This document shows, piece by piece, positions 36,301 to 48,300 of a stretch of DNA of 64,000 nucleotides (its first letter is position 1; every line of letters begins with the position of its first letter). Under the pieces are notes generated by a model. The model made no database searches, was not told the DNA's origin, and saw only the letters and a list, made by a program, of their open reading frames with translations. Origin of the DNA: Callorhinchus milii (lineage: Eukaryota); NCBI RefSeq assembly GCF_018977255.1, contig NW_024704742.1, forward strand, positions 32,738,001 to 32,802,000. Direction: 5' to 3'. The position numbers were made by a program, and so were the translations under genes.

Positions 36301-39300
36301 TTGGTTTAACGTCTCATCCGAAGGAAGGTACCTGTAACAATGTAGCTCAACCCCAGGAGCGCATTGGAGTGTCATTTGAGACTAAGTGAGATGAAAGTCC
36401 CAACACGGGGCTTGAACCCACAAACTTCTGACTCAGAAGTGAGAGTACAACTAACCAAGCCAGGCTGACACGTGGTGTTTTGCAACCAATAAGGGACTTG
36501 CATTTTGTGCCATCAGTGGAAGCAGTAGTATTAAAGGAGCAGTGGGCCTTTTCTTATTTGATTATCAGATAAAATATTGAGTAAACTTCTGTTCAGAGAA
36601 AAACAACACCTTTATATACCTGAGTTGCATGCATCTGCTTTTCCTGGCTCAATATAAATATATCCATGTTGCTCTTTCTCAGGATGCCAGAGCCTGAATA
36701 CAAGATGTCCAGGCTGTAAGTTGATGCTGAGTCGATGCCCCCTGAAAACATAGAGACTCCATCAGTGATTCTCCACATAGCCACAGCCACTGTGGGTGGA
36801 GATGTACCGAGCACTGGTCATACGATGATTCTCCACATAGTCACAGCCACCGTTTGTTCCGCTTTTGCTACCGAATCTCAACATCAAAGGCTCCAGGAGC
36901 AAAATATAGTTAGGGGCCTTTAAAGTACGTTGTTACCAATTTTCACCATTAAAAAAGTTGGAATTTTTAATTGGCAGTAAAACTTTTTTGTAAAAAAACT
37001 TTTTCAGCTTCAGGGTTGTGTAGCCATCACGGTCCAGCAGATTGCCTCTTAAATCATCCAGTCACAGATGACCTTTGAACCCTGGGACTGTGCACAGCTG
37101 ACCTCAGCAGACATGAGATCCCATCAATCTGGATTGAATCCCACGTGCAAAAGGACAGCTTGTTTAATGCACTATGCCATAGCAGACCCCAAGGTGCACC
37201 AGCTGACGTACGTTTCATGTGTCCAGAGTAGGCAGACGAGGATCCGATCTTGGCGAAACGGTCATAGTTGTGGGTGACAGATTCCTTCAGCACCTGCCGC
37301 ATTATTTCACTGCAAGAGTTCAAATAGATGGTCAAGATCAAAACCAGCTTCTCTGCAGCATTTATTCTTCTAATCTACAATTCCGAAGAGGTCTTTTAAA
37401 CTGAAAATCGTGAAAGACTTTGAGGGGGAAAAAAAATGACATGTTTTTAAACGTCCAGCCTGCAAAGGGGTAAATGCAGCAGAAAGCAGGCTTCTTTAAG
37501 CCATGGAGTGACGCGAGTGGTCTAAGGACAGAAGAGAAAGACAGTTGACACATCAATCCCACTCCTTCCACAGTGTTAAACCTGCCCAGCCATGAACCTC
37601 ACTCCAGCCACTCAACCCTTGAGACAAGGCATTGTCACAGATACTCCCACAATCCCAGAGATGAAAAAGTAAAGATGAGGAATATTTATCCTTTCCCATA
37701 GTTTTACCATTCAGCATATTGCTATCTGTAATTTGCTTTCACTATAGGAACTCTGTTTAGGAACTATAGGAACTTGAGCAATGTGGAAGCTGTGAGTGAG
37801 AGTCAGACATAGAGTGAGGGAGTGAGGAAAGGCAATCGCGAACCCAGGTAACCACACACCCCTAGGGTCTGTTAGAGACAGTTAAAGTTGTCAGTCCTTG
37901 CTGGGGACACTGGATGGCACTGAGCTTTTGCCCTGTAACAATAAACCATTGATTATTATTGTTCATAAACAAAGCATCTCTGTTGAAGTATTTGTCTGAC
38001 TCTGCTGGTCCAGTGTTATAGTTATACATAGAAACCCCCTTCAAAGTTGTACTTCATTAATCACATGAAGGATCTGAGACTGTTGGAAGGTAGGGCAAGG
38101 CTTTGATATAACTCCAGCCACAAAACCAGCATGCAATCAGCATTTTACTAATGATAAATTGTGGCGCTGAAGGCAAGGGTTGTTGAAACTGAGAAATAGA
38201 TCATTGTCAGTTCAGGCATCCAGAGGTAGCATCAAGCTCTTTCAGATCAGGTGTGGCACAGCCAACAGAGTAAACCTTCCTCTACTTTGCCCCAAATGAT
38301 GGGCAATACAATATTCTGCCCTGTGTGCCTTCATACATTGAGCTCATTTACACGCTATTCTCCTCTTCTCAGTAATTAAATAAATATATCCCTTCACACT
38401 TCAACTAAACTCAATATGGTTTTAAAAGTATCATTAAACATAACATATATAATGTGATTTATAATTTAAAATTGCTCTATGTTTAGTTACAAGCGTGCAG
38501 GAACAAATCCTTCAATGTATCAACAGATTTTAAGCCAAGTGTACTACAAACTCTATTGAAAGAAACATCCTCTGTTGTTTACCTGGCAGGAAGCTCAAAC
38601 CGCAAGATATCCTGTACTTTGGAGAGGAGGTACTTATTCATCTCAGGAGGCAGCTCCCCGAGAGAGAGCAGAATGTTCTTCACTTCCATGTAGGAGGGCT
38701 TGTTGTTAAAGATGACATTGGCGGCAGACGTTCGCACAGTCTTCTCGTACACTCGGAGGTTCTGGTGGTAGATTCTGTTCATCACCTTTTTCACCTGTTC
38801 AGCGCAAGAATCAGTTTTGTGAAAGTATGTAAATCAACGCTATGTTTCCTTTAAGGAATTTCTATCTCTTTTGTTGCCTACGCTCTGCATTAGTAACAAT
38901 GGAAAGGTCAGAGGTTCTACGGTCCAGAGGTTATCAACGACAACGTACATTTGTACAGCATCTTTTGCAGTTAAATGTCTGAAAGTACTTAGAACCATAG
39001 AATCTTACAGCACAGCAGGATGCCATTTGGTCCATTGCCAGCTTTTTGAAAGAGCTATCCAACTAGTCCACTCCCGCACTCTTACCCAACTCTTAGCCCA
39101 TAGCCCTGCAAATTTTTGCTTTTCAAGTTACCTATCCAATTCCCTTTCGAAAGCTACTGTCAAATCTGCTTCTATCACTTTGCAGAGGTGGAATGGGAGT
39201 CTGAGCAAGGTGAGAGACTAGGGGGTAGGAAGGAGATGATTGAAGAAAGTTCAGTCAGAGGGGTAGATTTTCTTAGAATGGTCTTGAAAACAGAGAGGGA

Positions 39301-42300
39301 GGAAGGGTGTCTGGGCTCACATGTAACCTGTTGATCCCTCTTCTCACTGGCTTCCACAGCCCTAAAGAAGTCTAATGTGATTAAAAGATCTATTTGCTCA
39401 CTGGGTTGAATTGTGTGTAAATTGATGTGCCCTGCTCTCTGGAACTCTCTCCCAAATTCCCTCCATGGGATTTGGGAAAGAGATCCAGGAAGCAAGGCAG
39501 TTGAAGGCTCTCCCAATAGTAAAGTAACCAATCTTGCATGCCATTCTGTGCTTCTAATTCAATTTCCAGAAGGTCGGTAACTTCACCAACCAGTGGAATG
39601 CCACTCAGATTTATAAATACCAAAAAAGGAGTAAATTACATGCATATTATTATTACTATTATTATTATTATGGGGAAAGAGCCAGTAAACATGACCGAAA
39701 GGATTGCTAAAGAGTCAGGACAGACACGTTGATAAATTTCTATGGTTCTACTTTAGCAAATACATTTCACAGTAAAATCTTGCAAAGCGCTTTGAGACTC
39801 TCAAACAACATGATAAGGTACTAAATCAAATAATAATAATCCTTGGATTTGATATAGTGCCCTATTGCGTCTTTGAGATGTCTCAAAGTGCTTCACTGAA
39901 TATACTGTAAAGTGAATTGACTGTATATTTTATGGGTGAAACGCGGCAGCCAATTGCGCACAGCAGTGTCCCACAAACAGTTGTGGATTGAGTGACCAAT
40001 TTTTTTTTTGAAGGAATTATTACCCCCGGAAAAGCGATCTGCCATTCGACTAACAACCGGGTTCCTACTTACTGCTAGGTAAACAGAGGCGTGCGGAATT
40101 AGGAAACTCGCACAAAGTTTCGGCCTGCTTGGCGAGTGCTCTAACCACTGAGGTACAGGACTCCACATGCAAGGATTATACTTTATAAAATAGTAGGAGT
40201 TGGAACGAAGAAGAAAGTCACCTTTTCTGTAATGTGCTGGCTATCGTATTTCTGAATGGTGTTGACTGCAATGTTGCTGATGGGTCCGGAGCCAGACTCT
40301 GCCTGCTTCAGTAACAGTGGGATTGCTTCGGGGAGCAGGGCATTTTTCAAGGAAAGGATGTACATCATAATCTCAGACTCCTTCTCTGTGTTTTCCAGAC
40401 CTTCGAGAATCAGTTTCTTTGCCTCAATTACTGTCTGAAATGGAATACAATTTATTTATTTACAGTCAATTTTGGTTTAGAAACTGAAATGCAGAAAACC
40501 GTATTATTTACAAAAGGAAACCTGAACGCTGTTTCATAAAACACTGGATTTTTCTGACTTTCTAAATATAAGTAATTTACACATCATGAGCTACACTCTG
40601 CAGCACTCCTAGCAATAGAATGTGGGTTACAGTTCCACAGTATAATTAACCATAGCCATAGCTGAAGTTTGGCTCAACCATGGCAAAGGTCATATGGGGT
40701 CTGACCCCGGCAGGAGCTGCTCCGTCCCAACCCGCTCAGGGCGCACCCACCGGGAAGCCCACGAGCGCACCCAAAACTGACTGAAATAAACATAGTTGTA
40801 CAGAAGGACGCCTGAGATCTAACCAAAGAGCGTCCCGAAAATGTATGTACGATAAACATGTCCACGTACGTACAGTGCACATCGGGCACCTTCCGAAAGC
40901 GGCAAGCACGCCTTATCAGGGTGTGCGCGGGCACGCGCATAGATGTTGTGTACACAGGGGCAACTCCCGACTGTGTTAAAGGGAGTGTCCCAAAAAAAAG
41001 TGCACAACCTATGTGTGGTGAAGGAATGTACCGTAAACAGCAGCATGTTTTTTGTATCGGGAGAAAGGGGAAAAATTGTAACAAAAGATGTTGTGTTTGT
41101 TTTGGATTTCTGTTGTACTAAATATTATCTTTATAAATAAATATATATTTTCAGAAAAAAGTAATTGATGTGTGGCACACACAACAGTTACTGTCATTTC
41201 CACTCACCGGTAGTTCACAGAGTTTCTTCTGGCAGAGTTTTCTAATCAATGCTCCCATGATAATAACAACAGTTTCCTGGATATCATTGCTCTCAATTTT
41301 TCCATTCAGTTTACCCTGTTAGACACAAAAAAAACCTTACCAATGTTAAAAAATAAACTAGCTACATACAGAGACTCCGTTAACAGGAGAGTTAGGGAAT
41401 GCTATGAATGTAATATTAAAAATAGTCCTTGCATTTGATATAGCGCTTTATCACGTCATTGAGACGTCTGAAAGTGCTTCACAAAATATACTGTAAAGTG
41501 AATTGACTGTCTATTTTTGTGGGCAAATCACGGCAGCCAATTGTGCATTGCAGTGTCCCACAAACAGTTGTGGATTAAGTGACCAAATTATTATTATTAT
41601 TTTTTTGGAGAGATTATTTTCCCTGGAAAGCAATCTGCTGATTGACTAACAATCGGGTTCCTACTTACTGCTAGATAAACAGAGGCATGTGGAGTAAGGA
41701 AACTTGCCTAAGGATCCCTGGGAGAACTCTTTACTGGAGTCTAACTTATCCAGTCATTTCTCATCCCTGTAACACTGGGGATCAGCCTAACTGCTCTCCA
41801 ATGTGCTCCCTCAAGAACCTTGGCAACTCCCTTAGGTTGAGGTGACCAATACCATATGCATCACTCCAGGGTGTGGCCTGCACAATTTGAGCATAACATC
41901 TGGGGATTTTATATAGCTGTATAGCCCAGTAGCCTTGCTTATTACTGGCTCACACTGTTTGGGCACAATGACCAGCTAGTCAGCTAACGTCCCTAGATCT
42001 CTTTCAACTTGCTCCTCATATTTTTGCATCCTGTATGCACCCCTTTGCTTTTATCTGTATTGAACTTCTATTTGCCAGTGATGAGTTCAGATGCAATCCT
42101 GTCAAATTGTATGTAAGACCTTGGCTGCCTTGTTGGATTCCACAGTTCCTCCTAACTAGCTTAAAGTCATCTGTAATCATATCTATGTTAGATATCAATC
42201 TGAAAATATGTTGGTTCCAGGCTGCAAATACTAACCATTAATGCTTTAAGCATTTCTTCATTGGGGTGAGAGGCAAAACCACAAGCATACAGAAAGCGTT

Positions 42301-45300
42301 CCTGTAAGATGACGGTGCTCGCATTCCCAAAGTCCAGGAACTCCAGCATAGCCTTCAGTGAAGCTGAAGTCTGAGCAGAAGTCACAGCGTCAACCAACTG
42401 TGGGCTGTGAAGAAAAGGCAGACACATCTGAATGAGTGCAATTCATCTTAGAGCTTTAGACTGACATCAAAGATTCCAAAAGAAATTCAGAAATTCTAGG
42501 ATTTCTGGATTTCTGCTCCTGAATCCAGTGATACTGCGAGAAATGCATTTATATGGATACTAGTGGTGAGGAATTTAGACTAAGGTGTGATGCTCCAAAG
42601 CTAAATAGGCTGCCGACCCTCACTGAGATCCAATTTAGAAATTGTGCTAACCATGTGCAATTCTGTACGAATTACAGGGCTCCTGTAATCCTTTTCATTG
42701 GTTGTTTTGGTAGAAGGAATAAGGAAGTCACATACATCCTGGAAAATATAAACCTAAATGGGGTAGAGGAGCAAAGGGATCTAGGGGGACACATACACAA
42801 TTCACTAAAAGTGGCAACGCAGGTTAATAAGGTCATAAAAAGGCAAACCAGGCATTGGGGTTCATTTCTAGAGGCATAGGAATGAAAAGCAGGGAAATTA
42901 TGGTAAACTTCCATAGAACCGTGGTTAGACCACACTTAGAATACTGTGTGCAGTTCTGGTCCCCACATTATAGAAGGGATGTAGAGGCACAGGAGAGGGT
43001 GCAAAGGAGATTCACAAGGATGATCCCAGAACTGAGAGGTTATACCTATCAGGAAAGGTTGAACATACTTGGACTCTTTTCTCTTGAAAACAGGAGGGTA
43101 AAGGATAACCTGACAGAGGTCTTTAAAATGATGAAAGGTTTTGATAGGATAGACACAGGGAAGCTGTTTCCACTTATGGGGGAGACCAAAACCAGGGGCT
43201 ATCAACATAAAATAGTCACAAATAGATAAGTTAGAATAAATTTCTTCACACAGAGAGTAGTGGGAATGTGGAACATGCTACCACAAGGAGTTGTTGAGGC
43301 AAATAGCATAGATGTATTTAAGGGAAAGCTAGATAGGTACACAAGGGAGAAAGGAATAGAAGGTTATGCTTGAAGGCTTAGTTGAGGAAGGGCAGGAGGA
43401 GGCTCATATGGAGCATAAACACTGGCATAGACCAGTTGGGCCGAATGGCCTGTTTCTGTGCTGTATATTCTAATGTATTCTAATGTATTTTGCTCTTGCT
43501 TCTTAGAGCTTAAGTGACACAAATCACGAATGGAATCCCTGGGTCACCCAACGACCTGCCCTTTCATAGAAACATAGAAACAGGAATGGCTTGGCTCTAA
43601 TTTTATGATTATGTCCCCTTGTTCTGGATTCCCCAACCAGAGGAAATAGTTTATCTGTATCTACTGTATTGAATCCCTTTATTGCTTTGAAAACCTCGAT
43701 CAGTTTACCTCTCAAGTTTCTAAACTTTCCCAATACTTTCATGTTTGGGAAACTTTTCCAGTCGTTTATTGATGATAGGATGAACGTTTTGGATAAAATG
43801 GATTAAAAGTTAGGCTTCTGCCCAAAAAACAATTTTCTGCCTGGTGAAGATCAGAAAAAAACTGCAGAATAGTCCATGAGTGTTTTTACAGTACTTGTCC
43901 TATTTTGGGAGTAAAGAATCAGAAAGCATCATTAATGGTCACTGGCAACTGAAGAACATAAGCAGAGGCATAGCCTTGTCAGCGACTCACAGTAAGCTGC
44001 TTTTTGCACTTCGCAGGACTTGCAGTATCTCTTGTTTTTTCGCTTTCCTCAAAGTCTGAATCAGGGACAAGAAGCTCCGAGTAGCGGATGCTCTGACGAG
44101 CTTCTCTGGCTCCAGCTCCTTTTGAACACTCTGCCAATGTTCTTTAAGCTACCAAAAGAAAGAAGAACATGTTTAACCTACCAGCTGCCTTGGTATTATT
44201 GTCCTCTATCAGAATATCGTGGCACAGCACATTTCCTCGGTTACAACCTATGCAAACTGGAAGTGATACTTTTAGCTTTCATTTATCAGCTGGTTATCTT
44301 TGCATGTAACAGTTCAGTCATGTTACAATCTCTCCTAAATGGAAGCAGTCAACATCCATATTGGTATTGGTATTGATACAATACCTGATGTCTAACAATA
44401 CCCATTCATATTAGTACAGAACCTATGTCTGCTTTAAATTACAGAACAACATCAATGAGATGTAGAGCTACAGATTTAGAGCCTCTGGTGCTGTGGAATT
44501 TGTCTGTTTTCAAATCACAACAAAAAATAAATAAAATTGTCAATCACTATTGGAGACTTTTCTTAAGCATCTCTGAAATATGAACTGCTTGTCACTGGCC
44601 TGAACCAACAATCATATAGATAGTGGCATCCACCACTGGTTATGAGCAATTAGTTGCTTTCAGAAACACTTCTTAAGGACAAGGCTGCCACTAACTACTG
44701 CAAAGTAATTTTCCCTTCCCGCCCCAACCCCTCCCAGAGGGCGCATTTGTGTGGATGTCAAGTGAGGAAAGAATCTGACTTGGCTTCTGAATAAACTCTG
44801 TGGTCAATATTCATGACAGCTCACAATGTAAAAGGTTATATGTAAAAAAATTATCACCTGGGTGAGATACTGGAAGATGACATAGCTGTACTTCCAATTA
44901 GGGTTAGGGTTAGGTAGAAGGAAAACAGAAGTCAAATGTTTTTAAAGAACAGGAAATATTGAACTAATTATTGTTTCTCTTCCCTGACTGATACCCAAAT
45001 GATCAGTGGCAGACTGGCTCCCCGAAAGGGCTTGGGATTTTCAGGTAAAATGGGGTCGCCGAGTCATGAAGGGGGGCCTATTTGTGGGAGCGCTGAGTTG
45101 TGGGCCGCTAATTCAGCATAAAACCTCCATGCATTTAAGAACTTTTTTGGGGTGCTGATTCGACATAAAACCTCTGTGTGTTCAAAAACTTTAGCAGGTC
45201 TTAAATAGAACTTATGAACTAGGCTGCTCAAGGTTAGCAGCTCATCTAAAGGATGGCACCAGCAACATTGCAGCATTACAGCCCTGCATTGGAGTGTCAC

Positions 45301-48300
45301 CTTAGATTATATCCCAACGTGGGCTTGAACTAACAACAGCCAAAGACTTAAAACCTAGGTGGAATTTTACCCATCAACCCACAACTGTTTGTGGGATGCT
45401 GTTGTGCGCAAGTGGTAGCTGTGTTTTGCCCACAGTATATACAATCAATTCACTTTATAGTATTTTCTGTGAAGCGCTTTGAAGATGTGATAAAACGCTA
45501 TATCAAATGCAAGGACTATTATTGTTATATTTTACCCCACATACTGTTTGACCCTTAGGTAAAAATGCCTGGAAAGATATTCCAAGCACCAGCACACCAT
45601 CGTCACAAGCACAAAATACTATTCCCTTCCAAGGATAAATAAAAGAGTATGTCTAAACCAGCTTGATCACTCACCGAAGGACAGCTTTGGCAATCTGCTT
45701 TGACATTTTCGGAGACCAGGGACACAGCCACAAACTTGGGATTCACAGATTTAACAATGTCGCTAACTTCTTTTCCAGTGATTTGCTTTGGGCCAGCCTT
45801 TGTCGCTTGAAACACCAACTTTTGACTGAAGAAAAAAAACATTGTTTTACTGGAGATACAGCAATGGCCAGTTACTGGTGTTCTGCAGTTCCTAGGTAAG
45901 GATAAATTAGTATTCGAGGACCATCCTTCAATATGCTCAGGGTCTTCATATACTGTGTAATTCAGTAATTTACCTTTGGCACCATTGGGGGTGATTATTT
46001 CCCTAGTGGCTGTAAGACACTTTCACACTCCCTGGCATTAAAGTCCTTGAATAGTTTTAAAAGGGAATTAGATAGGTGATTGAAAAAGAAGAATATTAGG
46101 GGATACAGTGTGCGATCAGGAGAGTGTGATTATACTATGTGATTCTTTAACATCCCACTAAACATACCAGTAACTCTGGAATATGGGTCAGTGGCTTATT
46201 TCTCCAGCAGTCACTAGGATCACTGTTCTCCTGTGGTATCTAAATCAGAGAATCATAGAACCTCATAGCATAGAACAAGGCCATTCGGTCCTTTGTGCCT
46301 GTGCTGGTTGTTTGAAAGCGCTATCCAATTAGTCCCACTCACCCACGTTTACCCCATAACCCTGCAAATTTTTCCTTTTTAAATACCTATCCAATTCCTT
46401 TTTGAAAGCTATTATCGAATCTGCTTCCACCACCCTTTCAAGTAGTGCATTCCAGACCGTAACAACTCTCTGGGTAAAAATTGTTGTTAATTTCTACAGT
46501 TTTGAAGTTCTGTAGTTTGTTGCAAATTCCAAAGCTGGGGTCAAACAGGCTTCCGACCATGCTTTTGGAAGATTTGTGCCTAATGGGAAGTTTCAATTCC
46601 CCTTACCCAAATATTAAAATCCCGGTTCTTACTTTGAAATGATTTTGACTGCCAGTTCTTGTTGAAGATTGAGTGAAATCAGGCGATGCTCCTCATAGAG
46701 TATGGTGTGAATGAAGTTCCCTTTCAGCACAAAAATGCCACCTGATGTTGCATTTGTGCTGACTCCTAATACCTGGAATAAAGGAAAAGACTTCAAACAT
46801 TCTGACCTCAAGTGCAGCTCTTCAGATTACTGTCAGTGCTTCTAATTTTAAATACTGAGCTGTTGTTGTTCTGTAGCTGCCATTAATAGTGAAACTATAA
46901 AACAACAGCTGGTCTCAGTCACCAGGGATGGCAGTACCTTCCTCCACATCCCTTGTGATGGCCCCCACATCATAGGACAAATGGTAACCAAACCGTGAGG
47001 ACCCATTCAGACCTTGGCTCACAGGGTTGGGAACATGTCAACACCAATAAGTGTCAATGAAGCAGAATGGCTGGTGCCTCGGGCTTGCAATCTTCTCTGT
47101 TGGAATTACCCCATGTAATTTCCTCTCCTTGCCCACCCCTCCCAATGAATATGTTTGGCCCTTAATCAACCTAAAACAGTCAATTAGGTTTCTTTTCCAT
47201 TTTGGCTACCAATTGTCGATGTACTCCCAGGTTACGTAAAATGCAGAGTAAAGTTTCTTCTGCTCTGGCCCATTAATGTATCTGATTTGGTGATGAGCTT
47301 TAAGTGTTCTGACCCCTCCTTCACCTCGTCTTCTTCTTCCCCCCACTCCACACACAACCAAGGCCTGCCATAAGATCCGTCTTTTCAGCTGTACTTCCCT
47401 CTCTTCCCAACCCCACCTTTACAAGTGACCGTAAGTATGGTCAAAGAAGAAAAAGGAAATCTGAAGACAGATACAGAGGGGGCAAGGGGAAGGGGGTCGA
47501 GGCAGGGAGTTGCATAGGTTTGGGCGTATTGTCTGAAGGCACGTTTGTCATTTGTGGAATGGAGAGGTTGGCGGACATGCAGGCCCAAGTTGAACAAGCA
47601 AAGGGTAGAGGAGTGGGGTGTGAGCACATTGGAGAGGTACTGATTCGTGAGCAATTTGAAATCACTCCATTCTGCGACGGAGAGCCAGTGGAGCCTGCCA
47701 AGGACTGGAGTGATGGAGATGTGGATGTTGGTATGGGTAAGGTTCCAGGCAACTGAGTTTTTAATCAGTTGTACTTTTTGAGTCCTGTAGCTCAGTGGTT
47801 AGAGCACTCGCCTTGCAAGCGAGATACCTGGGTTCAATTCCAGGCAGGGCGAAACGTTGGGCAAGTTTCCTTACTCCACATTCCTGATAATAATCCCTCC
47901 AAAACAAAACAATGATAAATTGGTCATTTTCAATCCACGACTGTTTGTGGGACACTGCTGTGCGCAATTGGCTGCTGCGTTTCACCCACAAATATACGGT
48001 CAATTCACTTCACAGTATATTCTGTGAAGCACTTTGAGACATCTAGAAGAAGTGGAAAACGCTATATCAAATGCAAGGATTATTATTATTATTATGAATG
48101 GTGGAGCTGGGGTGACCGGTAAGGAGTGCATTGGACAAATTGAGTTGAGAAGTGATGATAGCTTGGTACTCATCTAGGCCTTGATGTGTAACAAGCAGGT
48201 GGACAGAACATTGGTGGACCTGGGGTCATGAATAGAGGAGTAAAGTAGATTTGGGTGTCAACTGCTTTCATGTGGAAGTTGACCATGTATCTGAAGATAT

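Noticed and set aside
42553..43229. ORFs nested antisense in MTTP intron 8
   Set aside because: CR1 ORF2 remnants with frameshifts.
47780..47852. tRNA-Ala(TGC)-like cloverleaf
   Set aside because: Runs directly into SINE body and tail, and the same head occurs on other copies; it is a SINE head, not a tRNA gene.
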